In this document: piece after piece, positions 23,178-35,030 of the stretch | Layout: the number at the start of each line of letters is the position of its first letter | Position numbering within the stretch: the stretch's first letter is position 1 | DNA from: Chiloscyllium plagiosum | Taxonomy: Eukaryota | Assembly (NCBI RefSeq): GCF_004010195.1 | Contig: NC_057718.1 | Span: 3,634,203 to 3,671,886 of the forward strand | Length of the DNA stretch: 37,684 nt | Reading direction: 5' to 3' | Position numbers and translations under genes: made by a program | The notes under the pieces: model-generated | What the model saw: only the letters and a program-made list of their open reading frames with translations | What the model was told of the DNA's origin: nothing | Databases searched by the model: none

Positions 23178-23560
23178 GACCTTATAGAGGTTTACAAAAT
23201 TATGTGGGGCATGGATAGGATAAATAGACAAAGTCTTTTCCCTGGGGTCGGGGAGTCCAGAACTAGAGGGCATAGGTTTAGGATGAGAGGGGAAAGATAT
23301 AAAAGAGACCTAAGGGACAACTTTTTCATGCAGAGGGTGGTACATGTATGGAATGAGCTGCCAGAGCAAGTGATAGAGGCTGGTACAATTGCAACATTTA
23401 AGAGGCATTTGGATGGGTATATGAATAGGAGGGGTTTGGAGGGATATGGGCCGGGTGCTGGCAGGTGGGACTAGATTGGGTTGGGATATCTGGTCAGCAT
23501 GGACGAGTTGGACCAAAGGGTCTGTTTTCATGCTGTACATCTCTATGACTCTATGACTCT
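23178..23560 (+). mobile_element. CR1 LINE 3' end
   Basis: RTRGHRF...FFMQRVVHVWNELP...FKRHLD; (CTATGACT)n tail. Confidence 0.93.
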
Positions 23561-24035
23561 ATATGTCATAGACAGTAGACGGTTCCACGGATCCCTATGG
23601 AACACCACTAAACATGAACCTCCAGCATGAAAAAGCAACCTTCCATGACTATCTTCTGCCTTTGCTGGGCAAACCAATTCTGAACTCATATAGCACCTTC
23701 ACTGTGGATCCCATGCAACCTAATCTTCTGGATGAGCTGGCCATGATGGACCTTATCAAAACCTTACTAAAATCCATGTAAACAACATCTACTGCTCAAT
23801 CTCACCGATCACATCACCATCTTCTCAAAAAGGTCAATCGAGATGTAAGACATGACCTTCCTTGCACAAAGCCATGCTGATTGCCCCTAATTAGGCCATG
23901 TTTTTCCGAATGTACTTAAATTCCATCCTTAAGAATTCTCTCCAACCGTTTCCCACCCACCGATGTGAGATTCACTGGTCTACAGTTTCCTGCATTATCC
24001 CTATTTCCCTTGTTAAACAGAGAAATATCATTTTC
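23561..24035 (-). mobile_element. 5' continuation of the CR1 broken at 7556
   Basis: Resumes in the GVP-GS region that should follow the sequence ending at 7556, then QHGFVQGRSCL; ends at the minisatellite. Confidence 0.75.
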
Positions 24036-24123
24036 ATATTACTGGGCACTCAGACTCTCCCAGACCCTGAGATGTCTGGGCACTCAAACCCTCCCAGACC
24101 CTGAGATTACTGAGCACTCAGAC
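24036..24123. repeat. 34-bp minisatellite, right part (~2.6 units)
   Basis: Same consensus as 6241-6421; units start at 24059 and 24093. Confidence 0.95.
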
Positions 24124-24414
24124 AGTGCAGCAGCTCAGCATGGGAGTGGTAGGTGCAGGACGAAGTGCAGTCTTTCACTGAGATTATTTGGAGCACACTG
24201 CCTTCTACTGCTCTCTCTAGCATTGTGCAAAACAACAGCAGGGAGATTGTGGGAACAACTTGAATTGAGAGTTCCCTCCAGGTCCCAGCCCATCCTGATT
24301 TGGAATCTCAGCCTTTCCTTCCTCAACACTGGCTCTGGTATTGGAATTCCCCAGTTAACAGCCAGCACTGGGTCATTGGACAGCCCCAGGCAGAGCTGAG
24401 CTTGACCAGGATTA

Positions 24415-26740
24415 GTTGATAATGTGTTGCTGGAAAAGCGCAGCAGGTCAGGCAGCATTCAAGGAGCAGGAGAATCGACGTTTCGGGCATGAGCCCTTCC
24501 TCAGGATAGTCCAGCAGGCTAAGATAAAAGGTAGGGAGGAGGGACTTGGGGGAGGGGTGTTGGAAATGTGATAGGTGGAAGGAGGTCAAGGTGATGGTGT
24601 TAGGCCGGAGTGGGGTGGGGGCGGAGAGGTCAGGAAGAAGCTTGCAGGTTAGGAAGGCGGTGCTGAGGTCGAGGGATTTGACTGAGACAAGGTGGGGGGA
24701 GGGGAAATNNNNNNNNNNNNNNNNNNNNNNNNNNNNNNNNNNNNNNNNNNNNNNNNNNNNNNNNNNNNNNNNNNNNNNNNNNNNNNNNNNNNNNNNNNNN
24801 NNNNNNNNNNNNNNNNNNNNNNNNNNNNNNNNNNNNNNNNNNNNNNNNNNNNNNNNNNNNNNNNNNNNNNNNNNNNNNNNNNNNNNNNNNNNNNNNNNNN
24901 NNNNNNNNNNNNNNNNNNNNNNNNNNNNNNNNNNNNNNNNNNNNNNNNNNNNNNNNNNNNNNNNNNNNNNNNNNNNNNNNNNNNNNNNNNNNNNNNNNNN
25001 NNNNNNNNNNNNNNNNNNNNNNNNNNNNNNNNNNNNNNNNNNNNNNNNNNNNNNNNNNNNNTGATGAGGGAGTCACGGAGGGAGTGGTCTTTTCGGAACA
25101 CTGATAGGGGAGGGGAGGGAAATATATCCCTGGTGGTGGGGTACATTTGGAGGTGGCGGAAATGATGACGATGATATAATGTATATGGAGGTTGGTGGGG
25201 TCGTTGGTGAGGACCAGTGGGGTTCTGTCCTGGTGGCGATTGGTGGGGTGGGGCCCAAGGGCGGAGGAGCGGGAAGTGGAGGAGATGCAGTGGAGGGCAT
25301 CGTTGATCACGTCTGGGGGGATATTGCGGTCTTTGAAGAAGGAGGCCATCTGGGTTGTACGGTATTGGAACTGGTCTTCCTGGGAGCAGATGTGGCGGAG
25401 ACGAAGGAATTGGGAATATGGGATGGCGTTTTTACAGGGGGCAGGGTGGGAGGAGGTGTAGTCTAGGTCGCTGTGGGAGTCGGTCGGTTTATAATAAATG
25501 TCCATGTTGATTCAGTCGCCCGAGATAGAAATGGAAAGGTGTAGGAAGGGGAGGGAGGAGTCTGAGAAGTTCCAGGTAAATTTGAGGTTGGGGTGGAAGG
25601 TGTTGGTAAAGTGGATGAACTGTTCAACCTCCTCGTGGGAGCACGAGGCAGCGCCAATACAGTCAACGATGTAGCGGAGGAAGAGGTGGGGGGGGTGGCA
25701 GTGTAGCTGCGGAAGATGGACTGTTCCACATATCCTACGAAGAGGCAGGCATAGCTGGGGCCCATGCGGGTGCCCATGGCTACTCCTTTGATTTGGAGGA
25801 AGTGGGAGGATTGGAAAGAGAAGTTATTCAGGGTGAGGACCAGTTCAGTCAGTCGAAGGAGGGTGTCGTGGAAGGGTACTGGTTGGTACGGCGGGAAAGA
25901 AAGAAGCGGAGGGCTTTGAGTCCTTCGTGATAGGGGATGGAGGTGTTCAGGGACTAGATTTCCATGGTGAAGATAAGGCGTTGGGGAACGGGGAAGCGAA
26001 AATCATGGAGGAGGTGGAGGGCGTGGGTGGTGTCCCGAACGTAGGTGGGGAGTTCTTGGACTAAGGGGGACAGGACCGTGTCGAGGTATGCCGAGATGAG
26101 TTCGGTTGGGCAGGAGCAGGCTGAGACAATGGGTCGTCCGGGGCAGTCAGGTTTGTGGATTTTGGGCAGGAGGTAGAAACGGGCGGTTCGGGGTTGGGGG
26201 ACTATGAGGTTGGAGGCGGTGGAAAGGTCGGTGCGCCAAACTACTACCACGCCTCTCTTGTCTGCCTGTTTGATAGTGAGGTTGGGGTTGGAATGGAGGG
26301 AGTGGAGGGTTGCACGTTCCGAGGGTGAGAGGTTGGAGTGGGTGAGAGGGGTGGAGAGGTTGAGGCAGTTAATGTCGCAGCGGCAGTTGGCTATGAAGAG
26401 ATCGAGGGCAGGTAAGAGGCCAGCACGGGGTGTCCAGGTGGATGGGGTGTGTTGGAGGCGGGAGAAGGGGTCGTCAGAGGGTGGGCGAGAATCCTGGTTG
26501 AAGAATTAGAAGCGGAGGCGAATGCGGCGGAAGAATTGTTCAATGTCTCGCCGCGTGTTGAACTCGTTATTCCGGGAGGGTAGGGGTATGAAGGTGAGGC
26601 TTCTGCTGAGGACTGATCTTTCATCCTCAGAGAGGGGTAGGGAGGGAGGGATGGTGAAAACACAGCAGGGTGCTAGGACCAGGTGTGGGGCTCTCCTTGA
26701 CCAGGATGAGGCAAGTCATGCCTAAAATTGGAGACATCTG
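24415..26740 (-). mobile_element. Penelope-like retroelement (RT, linker, 3' tail; GIY-YIG probably in the gap)
   Basis: ARFYLLPKIHKPDCPGRPIVS, MGTRMGPSYACLFVGYVE, DIYYKPTDSH...AIPYSQFLRLRHICS. Confidence 0.93.
24474..24507 (-). ncRNA. Minimal type-I hammerhead ribozyme motif (best-preserved copy of family 1)
   Basis: ATC-CTGAGGA-A-GGGC-TCAT-GCCC-GAAA-CGTC/GAT; stem I ATC:GAT, palindromic ACGT stem III, GUC triplet. Confidence 0.8.
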
Positions 26741-28637
26741 GCACATTGTTGGGAAAAATAATAATTTGATCATTAAAGTTGGAACACCCCCAGAATGTTG
26801 CCTGGGTCTCTAGTTTAATCGCATTCAGGCATTGCCTACCCCTCAGTGTGATTGGCTCAGTTCCTGTTTTCATTGATGTTTTAATGGCAGTTTCAATTGG
26901 TTTTATTTAGCCAATCATTCCCAAATTGTTGCCCTCAGATGGAAGTGGACTGGTGTGCTGTAGATTTACTGCTGCATATTCAAGAGGGCTTCTAAATCAA
27001 TGCCCTCATTTATCCCATCTTTGATCATTCCATTCCTTACCCTCCATGTTCCCCCTCCTCTACTTCCCTTCCTCCTATGTACTGCCTCCCTCCCTTCAAG
27101 CTCATCCCTCTCCCACACTTTCCCAAACTTCTTCTGTCTCTCTGTATCCCTCACACTCCCATTATTTCCTGCCCTCTCTGTGGTGGCCATTCCGCCCCCC
27201 TCCCCACAATTACGTCAATGTTTTCCTCAGAAGCCTGTCTTGCTGAGGCTTTAATGGTTGACCATCCCATTGGTCTAAATGGATGGGAGACAATCTCGTT
27301 TCAGACCCTCACAATGTATTCCCCTCACCCTGGCGCCTCCCTCTCCCTTCCTCAACCAGCTCCCTCTTCAACATTGCTTTTCCAGAACTTTCAATAGACC
27401 CAAAAACCCAGACACACACTGAGCCTGACTGATGAAGCCTGAAGATCACCTGGGATCAACCCTTGGAATCTTATTGGGATTCAGTCAATGTGGGAGCAAG
27501 AGGAACACCGGATTGGGTCAGTACACACATTGGTGAAGCAGCTCACTGGCTTCACTGTGAGCCTCAGGAATGTTGGAGCTGGATAGGGGATTAAGGAGTT
27601 CAAGGGTCAGTGGTTCCCCTGCCCCTGGTCCTGTTTTACCAACCTCCCCACTTCTGATCCTGTCGCTAAAGGCCCAGAATGTTCCAGGCCTCTGGGAGTA
27701 TAAATGGATGGGATGTGCTCTTGTGTAGCAGAGGTCTGGAGTGGGTCTTGATGCTGACTCAGGGACTGGGGCTGGAACATGGAGCTCTCTGCTCCTGCAC
27801 ATTCACATTGAACCTGATCCCAGCAGCCACTTCACTCCAGAACAATGCAAACATGGAGAGTGGGGGAGGTAAACTGCAGGCAGCTAGCTCAGACAAGGTG
27901 TACAACTCAATGATGAGGTGAATGGGAGGCTGTGACCACAGACTATTTGAGAGCTCACCACAAGAGGAAGGATTTGATGCCGTGACTGTGGCTGCAGTTC
28001 CCTCTCCACAACGGTTCTGTAACACTTAGCCGCGTAACCACTTTCAGGAACAACTCTCTGACACTGAGCTGATGGTGAACACTCGATGCAGGTCAGTAAA
28101 TCATCAGCTTCATGCCTGCTCCTGAGGATACAGCTGCCTCTAACCAGAGAACTGCCTGACAATCCTTTATATCCTTTACATGCTGCAAACGTGTCATTGA
28201 CCAAGAACGTCAGTCAATTCTGAGTTGTCGATAGTCCTGTTTTTATATCAGAATCTCTCAGGTCAATTCTCACAGGGATTTGCGCAGTCAAACAAGCTTC
28301 CTGGAAACTGCCTCAAATCCCTCATGACTACCCTTTATATTGGCAACATTCATTCAGCAAACTCTGAGTCAGGTTGTGACCCCACACAGTCAGAGCAGTC
28401 CCATCACCAGTGAGTCTGCTTCTGTCCTCCCCAAACATGCACCTCCCGGGATGTGACAATGGATTAAACAAGGGAGTTAAAGAGAGTTCAGGATGATGAA
28501 AGATCGCTCAGGGGAATGAAGACAGAAACTACAATATTGCGGTTGGGGTCACTTTGAGCAACATTGCGCAGAGAATGAAACTGAGTGTCTTTGTTGGTTT
28601 CACTCAAAACCACATTAATACCCAGTGCACCTTTAAA

Positions 28638-28643
28638 AATAAA
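28638..28643 (+). terminator. Candidate polyadenylation signal AATAAA with downstream GT-rich tract
   Basis: AATAAAcacattctgaaatgtctgtgtgagtgtcatggtgggt in non-TE sequence. Confidence 0.35.
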
Positions 28644-29588
28644 CACATTCTGAAATGTCTGTGTGAGTGTCATGGTGGGTTTCAAATCATCGAACCAGGT
28701 TTGTGTGGTGTTTCCCTCTGCAGGATAATGGGAGATGGGAAAGGGGGAGAGCTGCCTGTTGGATGGAGCTGCAGCTCATGTTGCAGCTGGATAGAACTTT
28801 GTTCAGTCACATTTGGAATATTGTGTACAGTTCTGGTCACCAACTCCCAGAACGATGTGGAGGCTTTGATGAGGGTATGTAGGTGCAGAGCCTCAATTTC
28901 AGGTTCAGAAACATAGAGAGTATTGAAACTGATTGAATTGGATTAGGAGGTCTGTGCTTTTATTGTCTCACTCTGTAAATAAATGTGACACTGAGTAAAG
29001 GTTCACTGCAGTTTCCTCTTTTACCAATGGTGGTGGTGGGGAGGGGGTTCTGAAATAGACGAATGGGGTTTATCCGTATCTCTATCGAGGAACTAATATG
29101 ATTACAATGGGCTAAATGGCATCCTTCTGCTGCTGTATTATTTGATGGTTAAACTTGTTGATTCTTTCTATCTGAGACAGGTTCCTGCCTCATTCTCACT
29201 TCTCTTAATTTCATCATTTGACTTCTCAGCCCCAGGGAGAGAGGCCATGGAGCTCGAGCTTGACCCGACACCTGAGCATTTTAAACAAACTGGGATTGGA
29301 GAGCAACTGGTCAGGGAGCAGGGTGTGTTGAGGGCAGGGTAGGTGGCTTGAGGGGTGAGATTCTGGACGATGAGGGACATGAGGGAGAGGGTTATGAGTG
29401 GTGCATGTGCCAATGGGCACGGGGACTCCCAAAACAGGTCCTCCACAACTCATTCACCATTAGGGTCTGAGAGACAGAGCAATGGACAGAGCATCCAATG
29501 TGTTTATTGTGTCCCACCCAACTTTAAATACAACACAATGGCAGGGTGTTGTACAACCCACCCCTTGAAAATTTGAAATAATTGGATG

Positions 29589-30479
29589 TGTTATGACATG
29601 GGGTAAACCCCTCTGCTAGTTTAAACCAGCAACACAGAAAGGATTCATCCCGTGCTGTAATCTGCAAAAATTTGAGAGGCAAAGAATTATCCAAAAAGTC
29701 ACTATTTAAAGTAAAAATTGACAACTTTATTCTTTAAGTCCAACAGAGATTATTAAAACCAACATCTATTGACAACTCCTGTCTCTTAAACCTATCTTTT
29801 ACGTCCCACTCTCCAATACCAGTCCAATTAAAAATCCCAATTACGATTTATGAAAATGTAATCACATTTCAAAGCTAGTCAGCTTTGCCAAATCTCCTTT
29901 GTAGATTCTCTCCAGGTCAGTTGTGATGTTCTGCTGCACAGACTTCTTCCACAGATAGGTACCTCTCAGAGACCTCTTAAACTAGCAGCCTACATCTTTG
30001 GTCTTTTGGCAGTTCTCTCTCAACTTAACATTGAACATTACAGCACAGTATAGGCCCTTCGGCCCTCGATGTTGCGCCGCCCTGTCATACTAATCTGAAG
30101 CCCATCCCACCTATACTATTCCATGTACGTCCATATGCCTGTCTAATGATGACTTAAATGCGCTTAAACTTGGCGAATCTACTATCGCTGCAGGCAAACC
30201 ATTCCATACCCTTACCCCAAACATCAGATTGTTTCATTGGTTTCAATATTACCATAATACTAAGTTCAAACTTAATTGAATTTTGGTGTCTTAACACATG
30301 ATTTAAACTGATGGGTTGGATTTGAATTTGTTTTTGCCTCATGGCAACCCATCTGCTACTATTTGTATCAAACAAATGTTACATTGCTACATTTTTCAGA
30401 ACACTTTGTGTTGTGTCAGTCAGGCCTTGCTAGCTTTCCAGCTCTCTTAAAGGTACAGTACCTCTACACCCTCATAACA
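29589..30479. mobile_element. Solo LTR (family B) carrying a CR1 3' fragment (~30024-30215)
   Basis: Perfect 8-bp terminal inverted repeat TGTTATGA...TCATAACA; flanks GATG/AATG; colinear with 8158-8886. Confidence 0.88.
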
Positions 30480-31009
30480 AATGGTTTAAAGGGATAACGT
30501 AAGTTCAGAAAGTTCCAGATGCAATCTGATCACAAATGAAGATGGTAATTTGAGGGGTCACTAACATTGTTCCCCCAAAGCCTGACCCAGAAGTCCTTTA
30601 TCTCTGTGTTCAGTCAGAGGAGGGGCTGGTTCAGGGTCACTGAGTGACCTTCCCTTTGACCTGGATTTTTCAATCTGTCCTTGATAGTGTTGATGTTGGT
30701 CTGATCAAACCTGCCTCATTGCAGTTAAATAAATTGCTTACAGCATTTGGAGACAGTTTAAAATAAAGTTAATCCAAAATATTTGTTATGTGGAAAAGAG
30801 AGATATTCATATCCCATCTGAACATTGATAATCAAGAAAAAATACTTTGTTACTTTCAATGAAAAATACCAACAAAGGGCTGGGTGTTATGCAGTTACAG
30901 GCACAGAACAATGCACAGAGACGATAACACTGTCCATTTGTAGAGATTGTGAGGAACTGTCACCCATTGCAGTGTGGACCATGTGATCTACAACACAACA
31001 GTTCCTTAA

Positions 31010-31256
31010 ATATCCCAACAATACTCAAGAAGGTTCACACCATCCAGGACAAAGCAGTTGCTTGATTGGCACCATATTCACTCCCTCCACCACTGACCCT
31101 CAGTAACAGCAGGATGCACCTTCCAAAAGATGCACTGCAGAAATTCACCAAAAGTCCTCAGACAACACCTACAATCCAATGAATATTTCTGTCTCGAAAG
31201 ACAAGGGAAGAGGTACATGGGAACACCATCCCCTGAAAGCTCCCCTCCAAGCCATT
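31010..31256 (+). mobile_element. Old non-LTR retrotransposon C-terminal fragment
   Basis: caccatccaggacaaagcag...cttgattggc...cactccctccaccac...aagatgcactgc (TIQDKA..LIG..HSLHH..KMHC); a possibly related tail lies at 35230-35340. Confidence 0.55.
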
Positions 31257-31494
31257 AAAAAAAAACAATAAAAGATGGAGAAAATGCGAAGCTCACTGTA
31301 AATAGAGCGATCCCATTGCTGCAATGGCTAACAGGAAAAAGAGAAATGTTTAAAATCTGTGATCTATAACATGGACACAGTGATGGCTTATTTAGAATTA
31401 TTTCACACTCTAACAATATTTACTACTTATGGGCAAAAGGGATCTCCCTCCCTGGAACCAGATCCGTGTTAGCAGCCTCCCTCATTCATTAAAG

Positions 31495-31925
31495 TCGGCT
31501 CAGTGGAAAAACATTTGTTTCTGAGACTTAAGATTGCAAGCCGAGTCCTGAGATGTGATCGTACCATCCAGGCTGCTCCCTCAGTGCAGTACAAAGGCAG
31601 TGCAGCACTGTCAGCAGGACAGGCTTCTCAATGAGATGTCAAACTGAACTGGACAGATGATATTTTTTGGAAGAAATTTCTTTCCACAAAGGGTTGTTAA
31701 TCTGTGGAATTCTCTCGGCAAAAGAATTTACAATGTCCCATCATTGAGATCACTTCAAGCTGAAATGGACAGACCCCCCCGGTCTCTCTGAAAATTTCCG
31801 CGATATGAGGGACAGTGGAGAAGATGGAATTTGGACAAATGATCCGCCAGGATTGTTTGAATGGTGGAGCAGCTTGGAGATGTTGTTGGCTTTACACTCG
31901 CTCATATTTCTAATGTTCCTATATT
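31495..31925 (+). mobile_element. Degraded DeuSINE 5' part followed by an old CR1 3' end
   Basis: cagtgcagtac...gtgcagcactgtc...atgagatgtcaaac, then agaaatttctttccacaaagggttgttaatctgtggaattctct. Confidence 0.5.
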
Positions 31926-33257
31926 CTGAAGCAGCATTATTCTCCCAGTGACCTTGCTAAGTTTAAATTAGTTCCTCTCTGTCTGATGAAAGTGATCACA
32001 CTTTGAAAGCACTTCACTCATTAGAACATAGAACAGAAAACATAATAGCGCTGTACAGGTGCTTCAGCCCTCAATGTTGCAGTGACCTGTGAAACTAATC
32101 TGAAGCCGACCTAACCTACACTATTCCATTTTCATCCATATGTTTATTCAGTGATCATTTAAATGCTCGTAAAGTTGGTGAGTCTACTTCTGTGGCAGGC
32201 AGGGTATTCCATGCCCTTACTAGTCTCTGAGTAAAGAAACTAACTCTGACATTTGTCCTATATCTATCACCCCTCAATTTAAAGCTCTGTCCCCTCATGC
32301 TAGCCATCACCATCTGAGGCAAAAGGCTCTCACTGTCAGCTTATCTAACCTTCTGATTATCTTGAATGTATCAATTAAGTCACTTCTCAACATACTCTAA
32401 AACAAAAATAGCCTCAAGTCCCTCAGCATTTCCTTGTAAGATCTTCCCTCCACACCAGGCAACACATTAGTAAATCTCCTCTGAACCCTTTCCAAAGCTT
32501 CCACATCCTTCCTATAATGTGGTGACCAGAATTGTACTCAATATTCCAAGTGTGGCTGCATCAGAATTTTGTACAGCTCATGGCTCCAAAACTAAATCCC
32601 TCTCTGAATAAAAGCTAACACACCATATGCCTTCTTAACAACCATAATCAAACTAGGAAACAACTTTCAGGGATCTATGTACATGAACACCGAGATCTCC
32701 CATCGACATGACCAAGAATCTTACCATTAGTCCAGTACTCTTTATTCCTGTTGCTCCTTCCAAAGTGAATCACCTCACACTTTTCCACAATAAACTCCAT
32801 TTGTCACCTCTCAGCTCAGCTCTTCAACTCACCTATGTCCCTCTGCAACCTACAATATCCTTCGGCAATATCCACAACTCTACTGACCTTAGTGTCATCT
32901 GTAAATTTACTAACCCATCCTTCTGCATCCTCTCCCAGGCCATTTACAAAAATGATAAACAGCAGTGACACCAAAACAGATCCTTGCCATACACCACTAG
33001 TAACTGAACTCCAAGATGAACATTTCCCATCAACCACCGCCCTCTGTCTTATTTCTGTTCCAAATCACTAAATCAGCCTCAATCTCATGCCTATGCATTT
33101 TGTGCAAGAGCCTATTGTGGGGATCCTTATCAAACGCCATACCGAAATCCATATACACCACATCAACCGCTTTACCCTCATCCACCTGTTTGGTCACCAT
33201 GTCAAAGAACTCAATAAGGTTTATGAAGCACGACCTACCCTTCACAAAACCATGTTG

Positions 33258-33750
33258 GACCCGATACCCAACATGAGCAAAACTAATGTAGTGTACAAAA
33301 TACCATGCAAGGACTGCACAAAACACTATATAGGACAAACAGGAAGACAGCTAACAATCCGCATACATGAACATCAACTAGCCATGAAACGACACGACCA
33401 GCTATCCTTAGTAACCACACACGCAGACAACAAGCAACATGAATTCGACTGGAACAACACTACTATCATAGGGCAAGCCAGACAGAAAACAGCCAGGGAA
33501 TTCCTAGAGGCATGGCATTCATCCACAAACTCCATCAACAAACACATCGACCTGGACCCAATATACCAACCACTACAGCGGACAGCTGAAACTGACAACC
33601 GGAAGCGGAAGGGACAGACCACTATAAACACCGGAGGAAACATCAAAGAAGCGCTTCGCAGGAGGCTCCCAAGCACTGATGATGTCGCCTAGCCAGGGGA
33701 CGAAACGTTTGCAACAAAAACTTCTAGCTCGGCGAACAGAACCACAACAA
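33258..33750 (+). mobile_element. Penelope-like 3' fragment of a second family (GIY-YIG + tail), 7-bp TSD CATGTTG
   Basis: NVVYKIPCKDCTKHYIGQTGRQLTIRIHEH...REFLEAWHS; CATGTTG at 33251-33257 and 33751-33757. Confidence 0.92.
33673..33712 (+). ncRNA. Minimal type-I hammerhead ribozyme motif (family 2)
   Basis: GCA-CTGATGA-T-GTC(gcctagccaggg)GAC-GAAA-CGTT/TGC; stem I GCA:TGC. Confidence 0.8.
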
Positions 33751-34498
33751 CATGTTGATTATTCCTAATCAATTTATTCTCTCTAGATGATGATACATAC
33801 TATCTCTTATAACCTTTTCCAACACTGTACCCACAACCGTGGGTATTGCAAACAAACCCTGTTGATCTTTAAGGAGCCCTACTCTCTTTCTCATTGTCCT
33901 TTTGCTCTTCATGCACTTGTAGAGTATCATTGGATTATCCTGAACCACATTTACTAAAGCTGTCTCATTTTCCCTTGTTGCTTTCCTGACTTCCCTCTTA
34001 AGTATCCCCCTACTCCCCTTACACTCTTCAAGAGACTCACACGGTCCCAGTTATTTATACCTGACATATGTTTCCTTCATTTTCTTGACCAGAGCCTCAA
34101 CATCTCAAGTCATCCAGCGTTCCCTAACCTACCAACCTTACCTTCCACTCTAACAGGAATATATTGTCTCTGAACTCTCATTATCGTATTTTTGATAGTT
34201 TCCCACTTGCCAGTGATGCCTTTGCCTGGACACAACATACCCCAATACCTTCCTCGACTGTCACCATTGATCACACTCCAATTTCTTATATTAACTTTTA
34301 GACTAAGCTTATCCTTTTCCCTAACTATTCTTCAGCTAATACAGTTATGATCACTTATCCCAAACGGTCCTCCACTAGCACTTCAGACACTTGTCCTGTC
34401 ATATTTCCCAAGAGAAAGTCATGTTTTGAGTATTTTCCAGTGGGTTAATCTACATATTGATAAAGAAACCTTTCTTGAACACATTAAACAAATTCCTA

Positions 34499-34715
34499 AC
34501 AAAAACAGAAATGGTGGAAAAGCTCAGTAGATCTGGCAGCGTATGTGGAGAGAAATCAAAGTTAACGTTTCAGGTCGAGTGATCCTCTTTCAGAACTGAG
34601 AGTAGTTGGAAAAGTGCCCATTTTTGTGCAGATTGTGGGATGGGGAGAAGAGGTAGGGAGAAAGTGATAGTTGGAGATGGAGCCCTAAGAGAGAGAAGAA
34701 CTGCTGGACAGACAA
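34499..34715 (-). mobile_element. Penelope-like terminal fragment of a third family with hammerhead-like motif (34560-34597)
   Basis: Minus AGTT-CTGAAAGA-GGATC-ACTC-GACCT-GAAA-CGTT/AACT; stem I AGTT:AACT. Confidence 0.7.
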
Positions 34716-34717
34716 AT

Positions 34718-35030
34718 TATTCACTTAGATAAAGACAAGTTCCTCCACATCTCAGTTCTGAAGGGCTGCCTGTCCATTCTGAGGCTGTGCCCTCAGGTTT
34801 TAATCTCTCCTACTAGGGTAATCATCTTCTCCATGTCCATTCTATCCAGACCACTAAGTATCCTGTAAATGTCAATCAGGTTCTGTGTACCCTCCCATAT
34901 CCTTCCAAAGTTGATCGATTACAGACCTGGAGTCCTCAACCATTCCTCATATGACGAGCTCTTCATCCTTGGGATCATTCTTGTAAATCTCTGGACCCAC
35001 CTTCAAGGCCAGCACATCTTTCCTTAGAGT
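34718..35030 (-). mobile_element. CR1 3'-region fragment
   Basis: RT C-terminal and near-tail sequence resembling the other CR1 copies. Confidence 0.6.

Larger units (their letters stand above)
32023..34498 (-). mobile_element. CR1 LINE, internally deleted, interrupted by a Penelope fragment
   Basis: SVTSGVWQGSVL, SKFTDDTK, QHGFVKGRSC, YMDFGMAFDK; endonuclease-region remnants to ~34498. Confidence 0.88.

Noticed and set aside
24546..25505. Long ORFs spanning N runs (also 9995-11029)
   Set aside because: Lengths are inflated by assembly gaps; the flanks are Penelope sequence.
26966..27397. Hydrophobic Pro/Leu/Ser-rich ORFs as membrane proteins
   Set aside because: Translation of low-complexity CT-rich DNA.
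28276..28409. AG...GTGAGT-bounded candidate exon (a similar one at ~29230-29338)
   Set aside because: The open frames resemble no protein I recognise, and no partner exons were found.
31377..31415. CACAGTG heptamers (here and ~35370) as V(D)J recombination signals
   Set aside because: No ACAAAAACC-like nonamer at 12/23 spacing and no V, D or J segments.
33087..33692. 201-aa ORF as a novel GIY-YIG gene
   Set aside because: Chance fusion of antisense CR1 sequence to an inserted Penelope fragment; the TSD marks the junction at 33258.
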